Source: Klebsormidium nitens (taxonomy: Eukaryota; Plantae; Klebsormidiophyceae). Taken from it: 64,000 nt of DNA. Every line of letters starts with the position of its first letter. Positions within the stretch are counted from its first letter, which is position 1. Location: NCBI GenBank assembly GCA_000708835.1, contig DF237034.1, positions 124,001-188,000 on the forward strand. The letters are read 5' to 3'. Both the position numbers and the translations under genes were made by a program. The notes beneath the pieces are model-generated. The model was given only the letters and a program-made list of their open reading frames with translations, did not search any database and was not told where the DNA came from. Below are positions 36,492-64,000 of this stretch, one piece after another.

Positions 36492-39400
36492 ATGACTGCT
36501 GCTGCCGCCGCCCAGTCTGCCCTCCAGGCGGCCTCCCTGGCTGTGGCCGGCACCCCCACTGCCAGCGGCCGCCAGCGCAAGCCACGGGGTGGTGCCAATT
36601 CCCGGGCGTCCTCCGAAGTGCTGGGCCTCGAACCGACCTCCCCCCGCCGCAGCAGCAGGAGGCTCCGGACGGGCGACCGTGACCCGGCAGCCGCTGCGAG
36701 TGTGGCGACGCAGAGCGTGGATGTGAGCCACCACAGCCAGAAGGGGAGCGAGGTGAATAAGGGCGAGGGCGAGCCAGCCAGTCTCAGAGCGGAGCCGCAG
36801 GCAACGGCTGCAGCAGAGGGCAAGGCGGAGAAGCCCCAGTGGTGGGGGCAGCGAGCACAGGGTAGTGTCGTGAATGCTTTCAAGAATCTAGGTGATGCAC
36901 TTGGGGGGGTGCGGGAAGGGGTGGCTGAGGGGGGTGGGGAAGAGGTGGCGGCACCGGAGCAGCTGACGACGCTGGGAGGGTGGTGGACGCACCCCGCCCG
37001 GCCATATGTGGTGTGGACGTTTCTTACGCTGCTGGGGCTCAGCCTGGTGAGGATCCTCCCCTGCGAAATTGAGTGCCAAAGTTCGTTGCCAACATCGGTG
37101 TGAGCCTAGTGGCTGAGCATGCCAGCTGGCGGTAGACAAGGCTGGCTAAGTTTCCTTTTGTCCCACAAGCCTTCGTTAAGCACATCATTTGTGTTCGTCA
37201 GTCGAACGGGCACATACTGACCTAGTGTACCATGGTTGCTAAACTCGTCTCCTGCCTTGTCCAGGCCTGGTCCCTGGTCCGCCCGTCTGCACCTTACCCT
37301 GGCGTCCCCGTCACTGGCGAGGCGGCAGTCCTGCTGCAGTCGCAGCTGAAGCGGCTGGAGGACACGGTGGGCAAGACAGTAGGGGGGCTCCAGGCGCAGG
37401 TGGACGTGCTGACGCGGCGGGACGAGGAGGCGGGCAAGAAAGCAAAGGGCATGGAGAGCAGGCTGGAGGGGCAGCTCAAGAAGCTGGGCAGTGACATGGC
37501 CGACGTGCGGACCAAGGTGCGGCTCGGCTGTGGTGCGCAAATGGGCTCAGCACAACCAGTAGTAGTGGTGGCGCAATGGGTCAACTCGCAAATGGTTGTC
37601 GCTCAACAAGCTTTGACGCCAGCTGTCAGTGTGTATGGGCTGTGCTATCACGCTTGGTCCACTCACTCTGCTTTCGATTGAGTTGGGCAGGGGTGAATAA
37701 ATGAGAGATACATTGAAAAGTCTCGTCCTGCCATTCGCGTTTCGAAATGACCCGACTTACAAAGAAATTTGCGCAAACAGACCTTGCTGTCAAGTTCGTT
37801 CTCTAATCCGACCCTTGGTTGGCGCAAGACCTTATCACAGTCCGCCCTCTAAGACGGCCCCCTTCTCATGTTGCCAGGTGTCAGGTGCGGAGGCGGTGCT
37901 GGCGAAGCTGTCGGTGGAGGGGGCGGTGGTGAGCCGGCAGGAGGTCCTGGCACTGGCCAAGTCCGTGGTCGATCAGCGCGCAGGGGCGGGCAAGGGCGGG
38001 GTGCTGGACTTGGAAGATGTCAGGGCAGCCGCGCGCAGAGTGGTGAGGCGGGGGAAGGAAAATAAACAACCTTCTTTTGCATGAGTGCCCACTCAGCTGG
38101 TGACGTGCTCAAGCTCTTCTTAGAGGTCGACACCATGACGTCTGGAATGGTTGAAAGTCAGAATCCGGGTCTGTAAATGACAGTCGAGACAGGTTTTTAT
38201 CGGCGTGGCTCAAAATTAGGATCTGGGTTGCAGTTGGAGAGTCCTCTAAGAGTTCCTGGCATCTTGTCCCCTTCGCCCAGTAGACTTCCTTCGACTCAAA
38301 ATCTCATCTTCTTGGAAAACATAGACGCACTCTCCATGCGTGACTCCTTACGAGACACTTTCCGATACTCGTTGCCTGGCTTTAGACCAGTACTTCTTGG
38401 CCCCCGCTCGAGTACTTCTCTTCATGAGACGACCTTTCCTGTCCCCCTCACACTCACCCCCCCACCTCCCCCCCGCAGGTCCTGGACGAGCTGGAGCGGC
38501 ACAGTGCGGACCGTCTGGGCCGGCCCGACCACGCAGTGTACTCGAGTGGGGGCCGCGTGCTGGCGCACAGCGCGGCGTGGCACACCCCCGGCTTCGGGGG
38601 CCTGCTGAGTCAGCTGAAGCTGGGCCTGCACCCGCAGGCGCAGCGCGTGGTGCAGCCCAGCCACGGGGAGCCGGGGCACTGCCTGCCGCTCAAGGTGCTC
38701 GACGGCAGCTACGGCCACGTGGACGTCGCGCTGCGGACCAGCGTCGTCCCGGAGGCAATCACGCTGGAACACGTGTCCAAGGTGAGGGGCGGCGGGGAGA
38801 CCTTGCCCGTGAAGAGCGTGTTGATTTCAAGCAGGCTGCAAGGGGCCTTCGTAAAACAATTGGGGACGAAACAGAAGTCGAGTGCCTTGGGCCTGTCGAT
38901 GGTGTCGGCTTCAGGCAGTTGTTCAAAGATTGTTGTCGTGTTCTTGGGTCTGGTTAATGCCCGTACGAAGCTGCTCGTAAAGTATCTGTCGTTGAGGGCA
39001 TTCACCTGGAGAGGAGATTCAACCATTGTCGACTATGAAGGGCCATCTTCAATCCAGTATGCGAAAGCCACGGCAAGCAGAGGCCACCACCACCGCCTCC
39101 AATTCGCCGAACTCGAAAGACTCTGGAAGAGAGCCCCCACCTGGCCATGTCTGTTGGATTGACCGCGATTGGACTGTCGGTAGCTGCCACCTGGGACAAA
39201 GCAATATCTTGATCCTTTCCACAGACCACAGCGTTCGACCTGTCTACCGCCCCCAAGGCGTTCCGCATCTCGGGCTGGCACAACGAGCCGGCCAAGGCGG
39301 CCGAGCCTGAGGTTCTCGGAACTTTCGAGTACGACACCAGCGCAGACTACGCGGCGCAAATGTTCACCGTCAAGCCGGGGCCGTCTGCCGGCATGGCCGG

Positions 39401-39500
39401 ATACAACGTGGTGCGGCTGGAGGTGCTGTCCAACTACGGCAGCGAGGACTTCACGTGCATATACAGGTTGCGGGTGCACGGTATCCCCCTCCGTGCCTAG
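36492..39500 (+). CDS. SUN1: C-terminal SUN-domain inner nuclear membrane protein (LINC complex)
   Basis: Exons 36492-37046, 37265-37516, 37878-38042, 38479-38781 and 39225-39500 are in frame. Basic N-terminus, single TM (YVVWTFLTLLGLSLAW), coiled coil, SUN domain (DHAVYSSGGRVL, PGHCLPL, EAITLEHVSK, STAPKAF, VRLEVLSNYG...TCIYRLRVHG*). Confidence 0.93.
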
Positions 39501-40976
39501 CAGCGGGGCAGAGACAGCGGCACAAGGCGTTTCCAGATGATGCGAGCGGTTTATGAGGACTGAGCGGCTTGTTGTTTGGCTCTATCGAATCTTAAAAAGG
39601 CAATTCTTAGAATATTGCAACCCCTCATCAGGGGCAATAATGCCAGATGGAGGTATCAGAGTACGGGATCCGTGATGATAACCACTTAACATGAGCAGTT
39701 CAAGACTCCTGGTGGCCAGGTTCCTGGACCACCCGGGAGGAGAATGTGGAAGAACCATTTTCACACAGTGAACGGTTTGATGGACTCCACATGTAATTCT
39801 CCCCTTGCTCCATGCATGATGCAAGGTTAGATTTGATTCATTGCATTTGCTACCCAGTACGCTATTGATAGGCATGGTTCCTTGGTTCCATGAACGACGT
39901 CAGATCTAGGTTAAGTTGCTACCCGGTATACGCCAATTGACATGCATGGGTCCAGGTGCACATTATAGCCGCCCATGTCCTCTATACATCATGGGTGAAG
40001 TTGCACTAAGTCATATACTCTATTGTATACTAATCTATTACCATGGCAGATGCTGGATCGCGAAAGCATGATCGACGTATTATCATGCCAGGCTGGCATG
40101 CATCAGCTATATAGTTACCGAGCAGCACATTTACAGAGGTCGCAATCACAGCTGCCTAGATCAACTAGTGAGGCCTGCTATTTTTATAGAAAGTGTTGTG
40201 ACTTGATACCGTTGCAGTCGTGTTCATCTTTGCGCCACAGGTCTTCTGTTTGCACTGTCTTTCAATCAGGTTCAGACTTCAACCACACACTATCAGACAT
40301 CGATAGATATATGACCATATAAAAGTTTGTCATGCTGTCGAACTTGGCTTAGTTGATCAAGTTCCACGGCTATCATTGCACGATCGGCCACCTCTGCATG
40401 AGGTCTATGTGACCTGTAGGCGGCCCACATTTGCTGTCTAGGTTCGAGTATGTTCACTGTGAAACCATTAGCATACCTTCTAAGCAGGCACTTTTGCACG
40501 GGGAAACATGTTTTTCATGTGCATTGAACAAGGAACAGGGGTGTTGTATATAGCTTTCAGATTTTCTCAACATTGGCCTTTGCATTCCCTTGACCTTCTC
40601 TATCAGTGGCAAACCAAAGCTGTTGATGCAGCAGTCAAGCTGACACAACCGTCTGGTACATGAACAAGGATTCGGCCAACAATCTGGTTTGGCTGCATAC
40701 CTTATGTAACACTGCCTATGTGTGAAGACATGCTTGGCGCGCACAAAAACAGAGGCATATTTAGCTAGCCGATCAAAGAGGACAATTGAGAGTAGCACTA
40801 TGACAATCAGTTGCTTGTGTATCATCCGAAAAAACTCCAAAGTTTTTGAGACAAGAGTTTGTCAATGTAGCCCAATATACATAACCTAGCTGCCAAGACG
40901 TATGAACAAACAGCTGGGTCAAATTGCTCGCCGTGTATTTAAGTCACGGACTGCCACATAGCCTTCGACAATGTGG

Positions 40977-41564
40977 CTATAGCTTAGCTTGTGCAGCCTT
41001 TTGGGCTACAATGATGGGAATGTCAGCATACTGAAACAAGAAATATCCGTACGCTCCTCCGCAGCCGAGGAGGGTCACCGCCAAAAGTAACCACCACGCT
41101 GGCGACCTCACCAAGCGTGCCATCCCCGCCGTTCCAGGCACTTGATTCCATGATGGTGGACTACGTTCCGCTTCTGCCGATGCTGGGCCTCCTCTTCTCT
41201 CCTCTTTGTTCGGACCTTGCTCATCCTGCTCTGCTGATTGACAAACGAGTGCCCTTCTTTTCCGAGAGACAGCTACAGGGGGTGAATTCGTCCAGAGTAG
41301 CCGTGAGTAATCTGCGTGGACCACCATCGTCGGACCACTTGATGATACACTCAGAAAACCCACATCAGTGCACTCTCTCTTCTGCAAATGCCGCCAATCC
41401 GTTCCAACCGTCCTACTCTTCTGTGCGGGAGTAAGCTTGACGCTGCATTGCGCTCTCTGAGATCGAATCTGCCGGCCTGCTGTGGGCAATTGCTTGAGAG
41501 GCAAGGAAACCCAACTCGGAGACGATACAGCGCACTGGCAACCGCAGCCACCGGGGACCGCCAT
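40977..41564 (-). CDS. Uncharacterised, probably plastid-targeted small protein with a C-terminal TM helix
   Basis: About 195-codon ORF: Ser/Arg-rich N-terminus ending RKRRALVCQSA, an acidic linker, then PAWWLLLAVTLLGCGGAYGYFLF. The ATG is directly preceded by TTGCAG, so an upstream exon (possibly from ORF 42087-41608) may exist. No family recognised. Confidence 0.45.
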   Translation of the reverse strand: MAVPGGCGCQCAVSSPSWVSLPLKQLPTAGRQIRSQRAQCSVKLTPAQKSRTVGTDWRHLQKRECTDVGFLSVSSSGPTMVVHADYSRLLWTNSPPVAVSRKRRALVCQSAEQDEQGPNKEERRGGPASAEAERSPPSWNQVPGTAGMARLVRSPAWWLLLAVTLLGCGGAYGYFLFQYADIPIIVAQKAAQAKL

Positions 41565-42304
41565 CTGCAATATCTGCACAGCAACTGTCAATTGGCTTCT
41601 GTTGACATCAGAGGGGTGCACTCAGGAGCCCAATTGCACACGAATGCGAGCGCCCAATGGCAACAGCTGCCAGAATGACCCAGCAATGGCAGCATTGTTT
41701 GATTGTGAAACGCCATGTGCTGGGCAAGGGCTCCCCTGAAACTGAGGAGCACGCAATCTCGGCTGCTGACCTGGAATTAATTTGGATTTTGTACGCGCAC
41801 TTTTGCCACGTGGCAGTCCGCAAACCATGGGAGGCGTCAGAAAAGTGCCACGCCGGGCTGGCTCGCAAAAAGGCCACGTCGTTGCCCGCAACTGCCTGGC
41901 CCAGGCAGCCTCCTTGACAAGTTGCTAGCTTGAGCTCCAGCGCCTTCCCGCATGGAGCAGGGTGGTCCAAGTCACAGTGAGTCTGGAAGGGGCGCTTTCC
42001 AGCGGCGTAGGAGCAGCTGGTCGACAGGGCATCGGTGCAGAAGCTGATTGAGGTGCTTTTGCAGCTTTTGGTGAGCTGTTCTTTCATAGGGGCTGAGGTT
42101 TGGCAGGCTGTGTTGAGGATAGCCGGTCGAAATTGGTGGGAAGATTCTTGGCGGCTTCGTTCACAGATCTCAAGCAGCGGCGCTGTCAGCAGGTTTTAGC
42201 GAAGTCAATCGATCAGTTACACGTTCATTTTAGCTGACAGGCGTAGGGATTAATCTTTGTCCGGGTGAAACATTCATAGAAAGGGGGTTGAGGTTGCCGC
42301 AAAG

Positions 42305-54421
<12,117 letters not shown>

Positions 54422-55706
54422 GAGGCTCCTGTACTGCCTTCAGTACATGTGAATTCTCATGACCTTTGTGAAAGATACTGCACCCCAAAATGGGGGTTGC
54501 AGTCTGCTGAAGGTAGTAAGCGGGTTGTAAATAGTTGACAAGAGTAGGCATGATTGACGAGATACATCTTATCCCCGATTCATTGACATCAGGTAATTAC
54601 TTGATACGTTGCTCGCTTGATATCAAATCATCAACGTGTTGCTGTCTCTGAAGCCGTTAGTGTACTTGCTGTAGTTACCAAGAAGTTAAGCCGTTTGGGC
54701 TCGACAATTGATGCATCGATCGATGTTTGCCAACAGCCAGCTTTGGAATCTATTTCCGTTTGCAAATTTTGCATATAGTAGAGTTGCATCAATCTAGATC
54801 GAGCCTGTCATTTGGCACGTGTAGATTTGTAGCCAACATGTGGCACATGAAGTCGATTGATCTAAACCTGGTTGGACGTACTGCTGCACGCGAATGACTT
54901 CCATCGCATGCACACTCAATCAAGGTCTAAGTTGGTCTTGAAGCTTTAGTGCCCTAGCTGAACGCAGGCAAGAATGATAACGTGTGCAGTGGGGGAATCA
55001 CGCAATGCATTCAATGGGCAACATTGTATGTATACCCTGATCGCATGCATGGTCTCTGATCGACGCCGCACTGACATGAAAAGATGCAGACGCGGGCGTG
55101 ATCAAACTAGCTTTTGGTTCTTGCAATGACAATCATTGAAAAGTTCCTGAGTTTAATTGCCGAACTCTGCATGGGTGGCAGGGCCCCAGGCCCAATGCAG
55201 ACGGCCGACCATTGAGGAAGAGCCTGCTGCAATTTCAATCTAGTGAGAGGAGCTGTGACTGAGAAAGTGACGTCCTAACTCATTAAACGGGCCGCCACAT
55301 CCTGCATCTACTGCCACCACAGGTTTCAACGCGAGAAGTGACTATCTTTGGAGAATTGGTCATGCAAAACTCGCAATTAAGTCGAAATTGGAGCAGTGGA
55401 TAGATAGTAAAACATAGGTGGGTTTTGCAGCATGCATCTTGACGTTGCGATCTTGTCATCAAATTGCGGTAGCCCCACATGATACACTGAAACACTCAAC
55501 GGACTTATTCCGTCCAAGATCAGTTCGAAGTGCAAAGGATTTATAGTCAATGATAGCTTCATACTGATCCAGGGCCCTAGTGAGGCTGATCTTACATCTT
55601 GAGGTTTTCATCTCGATTCTATGATGGCACATGTTGCATTTGCGGAGATTCATCCGCTCACTGATTCTAGCTGTCAGTCGTTGGCAACCGTCTAGAACAT
55701 CCTCAA

Positions 55707-56426
55707 TCAGTTTCTATTTTGAGAGTTGAAGCCTTCAGATTTTTGGAGTTTTGAATCTAGTGATTCTTTCCAAGCAACTTCCTGCTTGTAATAGACTCGG
55801 AACTGCTTTGGCAGATAGACAGGCAAAAGGAATCCCAATAGATTGTAAGTCCAAAACGCCAGGTTGCTAAGGGCTAGTAGAGCGTTGATCACTTGCCATG
55901 GCAACGCCCAAGCTGATCGCACCTCTTGTCCGGTAGCTCTTCTGACCCAATGCAATAAAGTGACAAGCCGCTTCGTATTGTAGCTTGCAGGGATGAGGAC
56001 TTTGACAGGAGCGGAAACTGCAGGGTCTACTGAAAACCCCTCTGTAACAATCTGGGCTATCAAGAGGAAGCAATGTGGAACAGCAGACACGACAGCGTCG
56101 CTATCACCCAAGATGAAAGACAGGAGAATGAAGACGGATGGGACTAGAAGACCTATGAATGCCCCAAAAGTGACGTAGTACTTAAAAACCGTGTTTCCTT
56201 TGAATGGATTCTCTGGTGGTTGCTCAGATACTGGAGGGAATATGATTGCTGCAAAAAATATTATGTACAGGGTGCTAGCAAACGGGTAGAGCATGTCCGT
56301 CCAGCTCACAGCACCTGTCATTGCAAGAACGATCATCAGGCAGATCATGTTGACCTGAAAGATGGACAGTCTGTTCCACTGCCGCTGAATGTAAGAAGCC
56401 CCAATGGGCTGACTTCTTGCTGCCAT
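55707..56426 (-). CDS. Intronless plant-family multi-pass membrane protein of unknown function
   Basis: About 240-aa ORF from ATG 56426 with 5-6 hydrophobic helices. The motifs IIFPP, VPHCFLLIAQIVTEG, SAPVKVLIPASYNTKRL and NLAFWTYNLLGFLLPVYLPKQF match, from memory, a conserved land-plant DUF family (Arabidopsis At5g52420-like). Confidence 0.82.
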   Translation of the reverse strand: MAARSQPIGASYIQRQWNRLSIFQVNMICLMIVLAMTGAVSWTDMLYPFASTLYIIFFAAIIFPPVSEQPPENPFKGNTVFKYYVTFGAFIGLLVPSVFILLSFILGDSDAVVSAVPHCFLLIAQIVTEGFSVDPAVSAPVKVLIPASYNTKRLVTLLHWVRRATGQEVRSAWALPWQVINALLALSNLAFWTYNLLGFLLPVYLPKQFRVYYKQEVAWKESLDSKLQKSEGFNSQNRN

Positions 56427-56522
56427 GCCAGATGCTCCTTCAAAATCAACTTCAAGCTCAAGACTGAAGTTCTGAAGAAGTGAGCATTCCAGTTCAATCT
56501 GAACAGTATCAAAGACTTTAAA

Positions 56523-56711
56523 GTACCGTAATACGGTACCGGCTGCGCATTGCGCAATGCCCACTCAGACCGCCTGGGCCTGCCGCCTGTTCAGTGTTGA
56601 CCATTATCCATGCATGCTAGCGGGCTGTACCTATTGCTGGTGATGACCTCAGTTGAGCTGACTCAGTTGCCACATGGCATTGCTGAGAGCGGATTTCAAT
56701 GCACGTGGCAC
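56523..56711. promoter_or_regulatory. Adjacent palindromes and a G-box/ABRE in the divergent spacer between the membrane-protein gene and HXK
   Basis: GTACCGTA-A-TACGGTAC (56523-56539), perfect GCATTGCGCAATGC (56547-56560), and GCACGTGGC (CACGTG/ACGTGGC core) at 56701-56709. Confidence 0.4.
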
Positions 56712-57103
56712 TTACGTCGCATGTGATTGGTTTTCTTGAAAGTAATCATCTGCGTGTGATGTCACAGTTAAATGTGAGCGTGCGAACGCGGTGCACATAT
56801 TCCCAAATTTGGTTTGGGGTCTGTCCGAAACGCTGAGCACTAGCTGCACTGCATGAGCAGCATGCTCTTCTTATCTCGTCCAAAGTTCAGGGCGACATCT
56901 CGGCAGAGACGCCACACGTAGTCTTAGAGGTCCTCCCAGGTGGATCCATCGCTCCGAGGAACGGTTGTGGGGCTGCACCTACTGCCCGCAACATAGCTGC
57001 TGATGACAGCAGCTGGAACTTGAAAGGCTGGAGAAGCCAATTCGCATTCTTCCACCTTGAAATTCTGCATACAGCAGGGAGTGGTGTTGCCTGATCTGCA
57101 AAC

Positions 57104-61391
<4,288 letters not shown>

Positions 61392-62451
61392 GTTCTAGGA
61401 AGGGGTCCAAATGTTTTTGCTAGGATTAGGCATCAGTAACGAGGGGCGGTGTGATTCGCAGGTTACTCGACACCTAGAGAAAGGTAAGCACACAGGGGTG
61501 ACGTTTCTTCCCCAGGTTGAGGTAGCGACCAGCGAGTTGTCCGACAAGTACCGACCGGCCCACTCCGCGTAGGTTTGTTGCTGCAAAATAACGTCAATCA
61601 ATAAGATCTTTACACATGCAGGAGAAGGTGAAGGCAAGGACTTCAATCCTTTTGGCTGCCAGTTGTCGAAAGATAGTAGGTTTTGTTCATGTCGCATTAG
61701 TCAATCATGTGTCTGGCCGTGCAGATCAAGGTGTTCAAACCAGTAATTCTCGACTCGAACAACCAGATTACGCATGCCATCTTGTTCAAACAGAGGCACA
61801 AAGCTATAGATCGCCGATGCACCCATTGATCCAAATACAAAGATTTTTGAATGCCCTACCACCTATAATTAGGCAGAATCGCTAGCCTGCTGCACACAAT
61901 TGTATGCTTATTACGGTTAACCGTTGAGAGAACCTGAAGTTGCCCCCGTGATTGAAAGCTGGTCATTTACGGTCGGTATACCTAGTGAATGTGGACCTGC
62001 ATGACTCAGCCTAGCCTGCACGGACCGGCACGTCTAACTAGGGGTGGGTACTCCCGATCCACGTGGCCGCGGCGGCAACTCTGAGTCATCATTGAATGGA
62101 GAATGTTTCGCGCCAGATATTGCGTGCAAGACCGTCCGAAGTCACACAACTAAGACTTTGGAGGGCCATACTATGAGCAATATTAAAAGTTACAATTCAA
62201 GTTCTGCTCGAACTTCGAAGATCTGCAGCTAGGGCGCCACCCTGGACCGTCTTCGCGTGGCGACGGTAGATTTCAACTTGCCTCAGGCTCAAGAGTCCAG
62301 GTTGCTCAGAGTCAAGGGCGCCAAAGCCTAAGGGGTCCAGAGGGAAGACCCAAGAGCGAGCTCGAGGAGCGTCAGTCCCTTCGCCACACTTACCTCTTGC
62401 TCAGATCAAGCAGAGGAAGTTACGATTGATCGCAGCCACTTGGGTGAAACG

Positions 62452-63437
62452 ATGCATCGTGGCAGTGGTGTGCTCAGAGGCGCCTGGCAGAAGCGGCATG
62501 GCCTTGAAAGAGTGATTGAACAGCATGCGGCCACTTTTCGAACTCGGGCTTTGGCGGCCACGGAGTCCGTGGCAAGGAATGGATCATACCCAACCACTTC
62601 AGCGCAGGTGACGTGCTTCTAAGTTTGCACCTCTTTGTCTTGAGTTGGTGCTTTTCAATATGGTGGTAGTAAGTTGGTAAGGGTTTTGACTGTCTGGTCG
62701 TTTTCAGGGAAGTTGTTGACAATGTTCCGGTGCTGATTTTAATGGATAGCATTGAGATCTATTGATGTGGTCAACCAAAGTGCTTCTCTTTCTCCCTTGA
62801 TTAACTATTGCATCTGCAAATCATTTAGATGTCTGAATTCCGTGCAACCTGAACTTACCCGAGCGCATGCATGCCCAGCATTGCCTTGCTTCGGCAAATC
62901 GGCCAAGTGATTGAACCACTGAGAATAGAATCGGCTCTTAAAGGCTGCCAGATCACAGATCATGCGTTGATCAGTTGCAATGAGCTGAATCTTCTCGGTG
63001 CTGTCTTTATGCAGGCTTACTGCGAGTCCCACCCGCTCCAAAATGTAGGCAGAGCAGGCTCTTTCAGTGCCCCCCAGTCTCTCTCCTCCTTCTCTTCGGC
63101 CTCCTGGGCCAGCCAGCCCTGCATGGCCCCGGCCGCCGATGCTCCGGGCAGCACTGCGGGTGAGTCGCAGACCGGCAATGGCGCCGAGGCCTCAACGTCA
63201 GGAAAGGCGGAAGCATCGGAAGCGCGGGCGAAGGCCGGGCCTGCTGAAGGGCGGGACGTGGATGCCAGCAAGGAGGAGCTGGTGCAGATGCTGGCGGAGC
63301 GCGAGGTGGTGCTGGACGAGCAGGGGGAGCAGATCAAGGAGCTGCAGGAGAAAGTGCTGCGCACGCTGGCGGAGATGGAGAACCTGCGGGAGAGGACGGC
63401 CAGGGAGGCCGACAACACGCGCAAGTTTGCCCTCCAG
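62452..63437 (+). CDS. grpE: GrpE nucleotide-exchange factor, probably mitochondrial (partial; continues past the window)
   Basis: Exon 62452-62607 (Arg-rich presequence) and exon 63015-63437 ending ELQEKVLRTLAEMENLRERTAREADNTRKFALQ|gtcagg, the GrpE coiled-coil signature (LRxxAEMENLRxR). Confidence 0.88.
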
Positions 63438-63814
63438 GTCAGGGAAACGGACAGCCTATCTGGGACCCCCTCACAGTCTGCTACTGTATCCTTTTCCATA
63501 AGAAAATTTTCTTAGCCATTGTGACATGATGAGGGGGAGCTTCGATGCCCCCGCCGCCGGTGAGCAGTCACCCAAAGTGGCGCCATGGTAAAATTGGGTG
63601 GTGGAAAAAGAGGTGTGTGCTCCTGTGGCAAGATATGCAGCATTGCGATGAGGCTGTTCAGATACCAATTACTTTCAAATGTGGAATGATAATGTTGAAA
63701 GCTACTTGGAATATGGATTCCAGCTCTCTTGCTTGTTGTTTCCAATTCATCAAAAGCTGTGTCCCCCTGATGAAGCTGACGGAGCCTTGTGCTTTAGATA
63801 AGGTTGTGTCAGGA

Positions 63815-63861
63815 AACAGCATTGGAACCTAGACAACAGCATTGGGAGCTAGACAACAGCA
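63815..63861 (+). repeat. 20-bp imperfect tandem repeat in a GrpE intron
   Basis: AACAGCATTGGAACCTAGAC / AACAGCATTGGGAGCTAGAC / AACAGCA. Confidence 0.75.
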
Positions 63862-64000
63862 GTCAGAGCAGGCACAATGCCGTTTGTCAGCTTTTTTTAC
63901 TCGTCTAGCATATGAGTTCTTGGTGGTCAGCGAACAAACTCAACCGCTTAAAAAATTTCTGAAGCTGCTAACAAGATGACCGAAGAAGCTGCCACTGCCG

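Overview
Eukaryotic nuclear DNA, intron-rich (GT-AG) with GC3-rich exons and two scaffold gaps. The gene set (TROL, EMF2/SUZ12-like, type-B hexokinase, thioredoxin y) and intron style suggest a streptophyte green alga such as Klebsormidium; this is an inference, not a lookup. I hand-spliced these genes: thioredoxin y (-), succinyl-CoA ligase alpha (+), a class A beta-lactamase/PBP-like serine enzyme (-), TROL (+), an EMF2/SUZ12-like PRC2 subunit (+), an R2R3-MYB (-), a C-terminal SUN protein (+), an ABCC/MRP transporter (+), an intronless plant multi-TM protein (-), hexokinase (+) and a partial GrpE (+). There is also one weaker orphan ORF (-) and a low-confidence two-exon fragment. The strongest leads are: (1) an intron-containing class A beta-lactamase-like gene with intact SxxK, SDN and KTG motifs but a rebuilt omega-loop region, possibly a plastid-peptidoglycan enzyme or a domesticated horizontal transfer; (2) an 80-bp tandem duplication of an ABCC splice acceptor that creates a decoy site with a premature stop; (3) an FNR-anchor-like C-terminus on an algal TROL; (4) palindrome-rich islands recurring downstream of gene 3' ends; (5) five divergent (head-to-head) gene pairs. 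I found no tRNA, rRNA, CRISPR array or intact transposon. All exon coordinates are manual and need RNA-seq confirmation.
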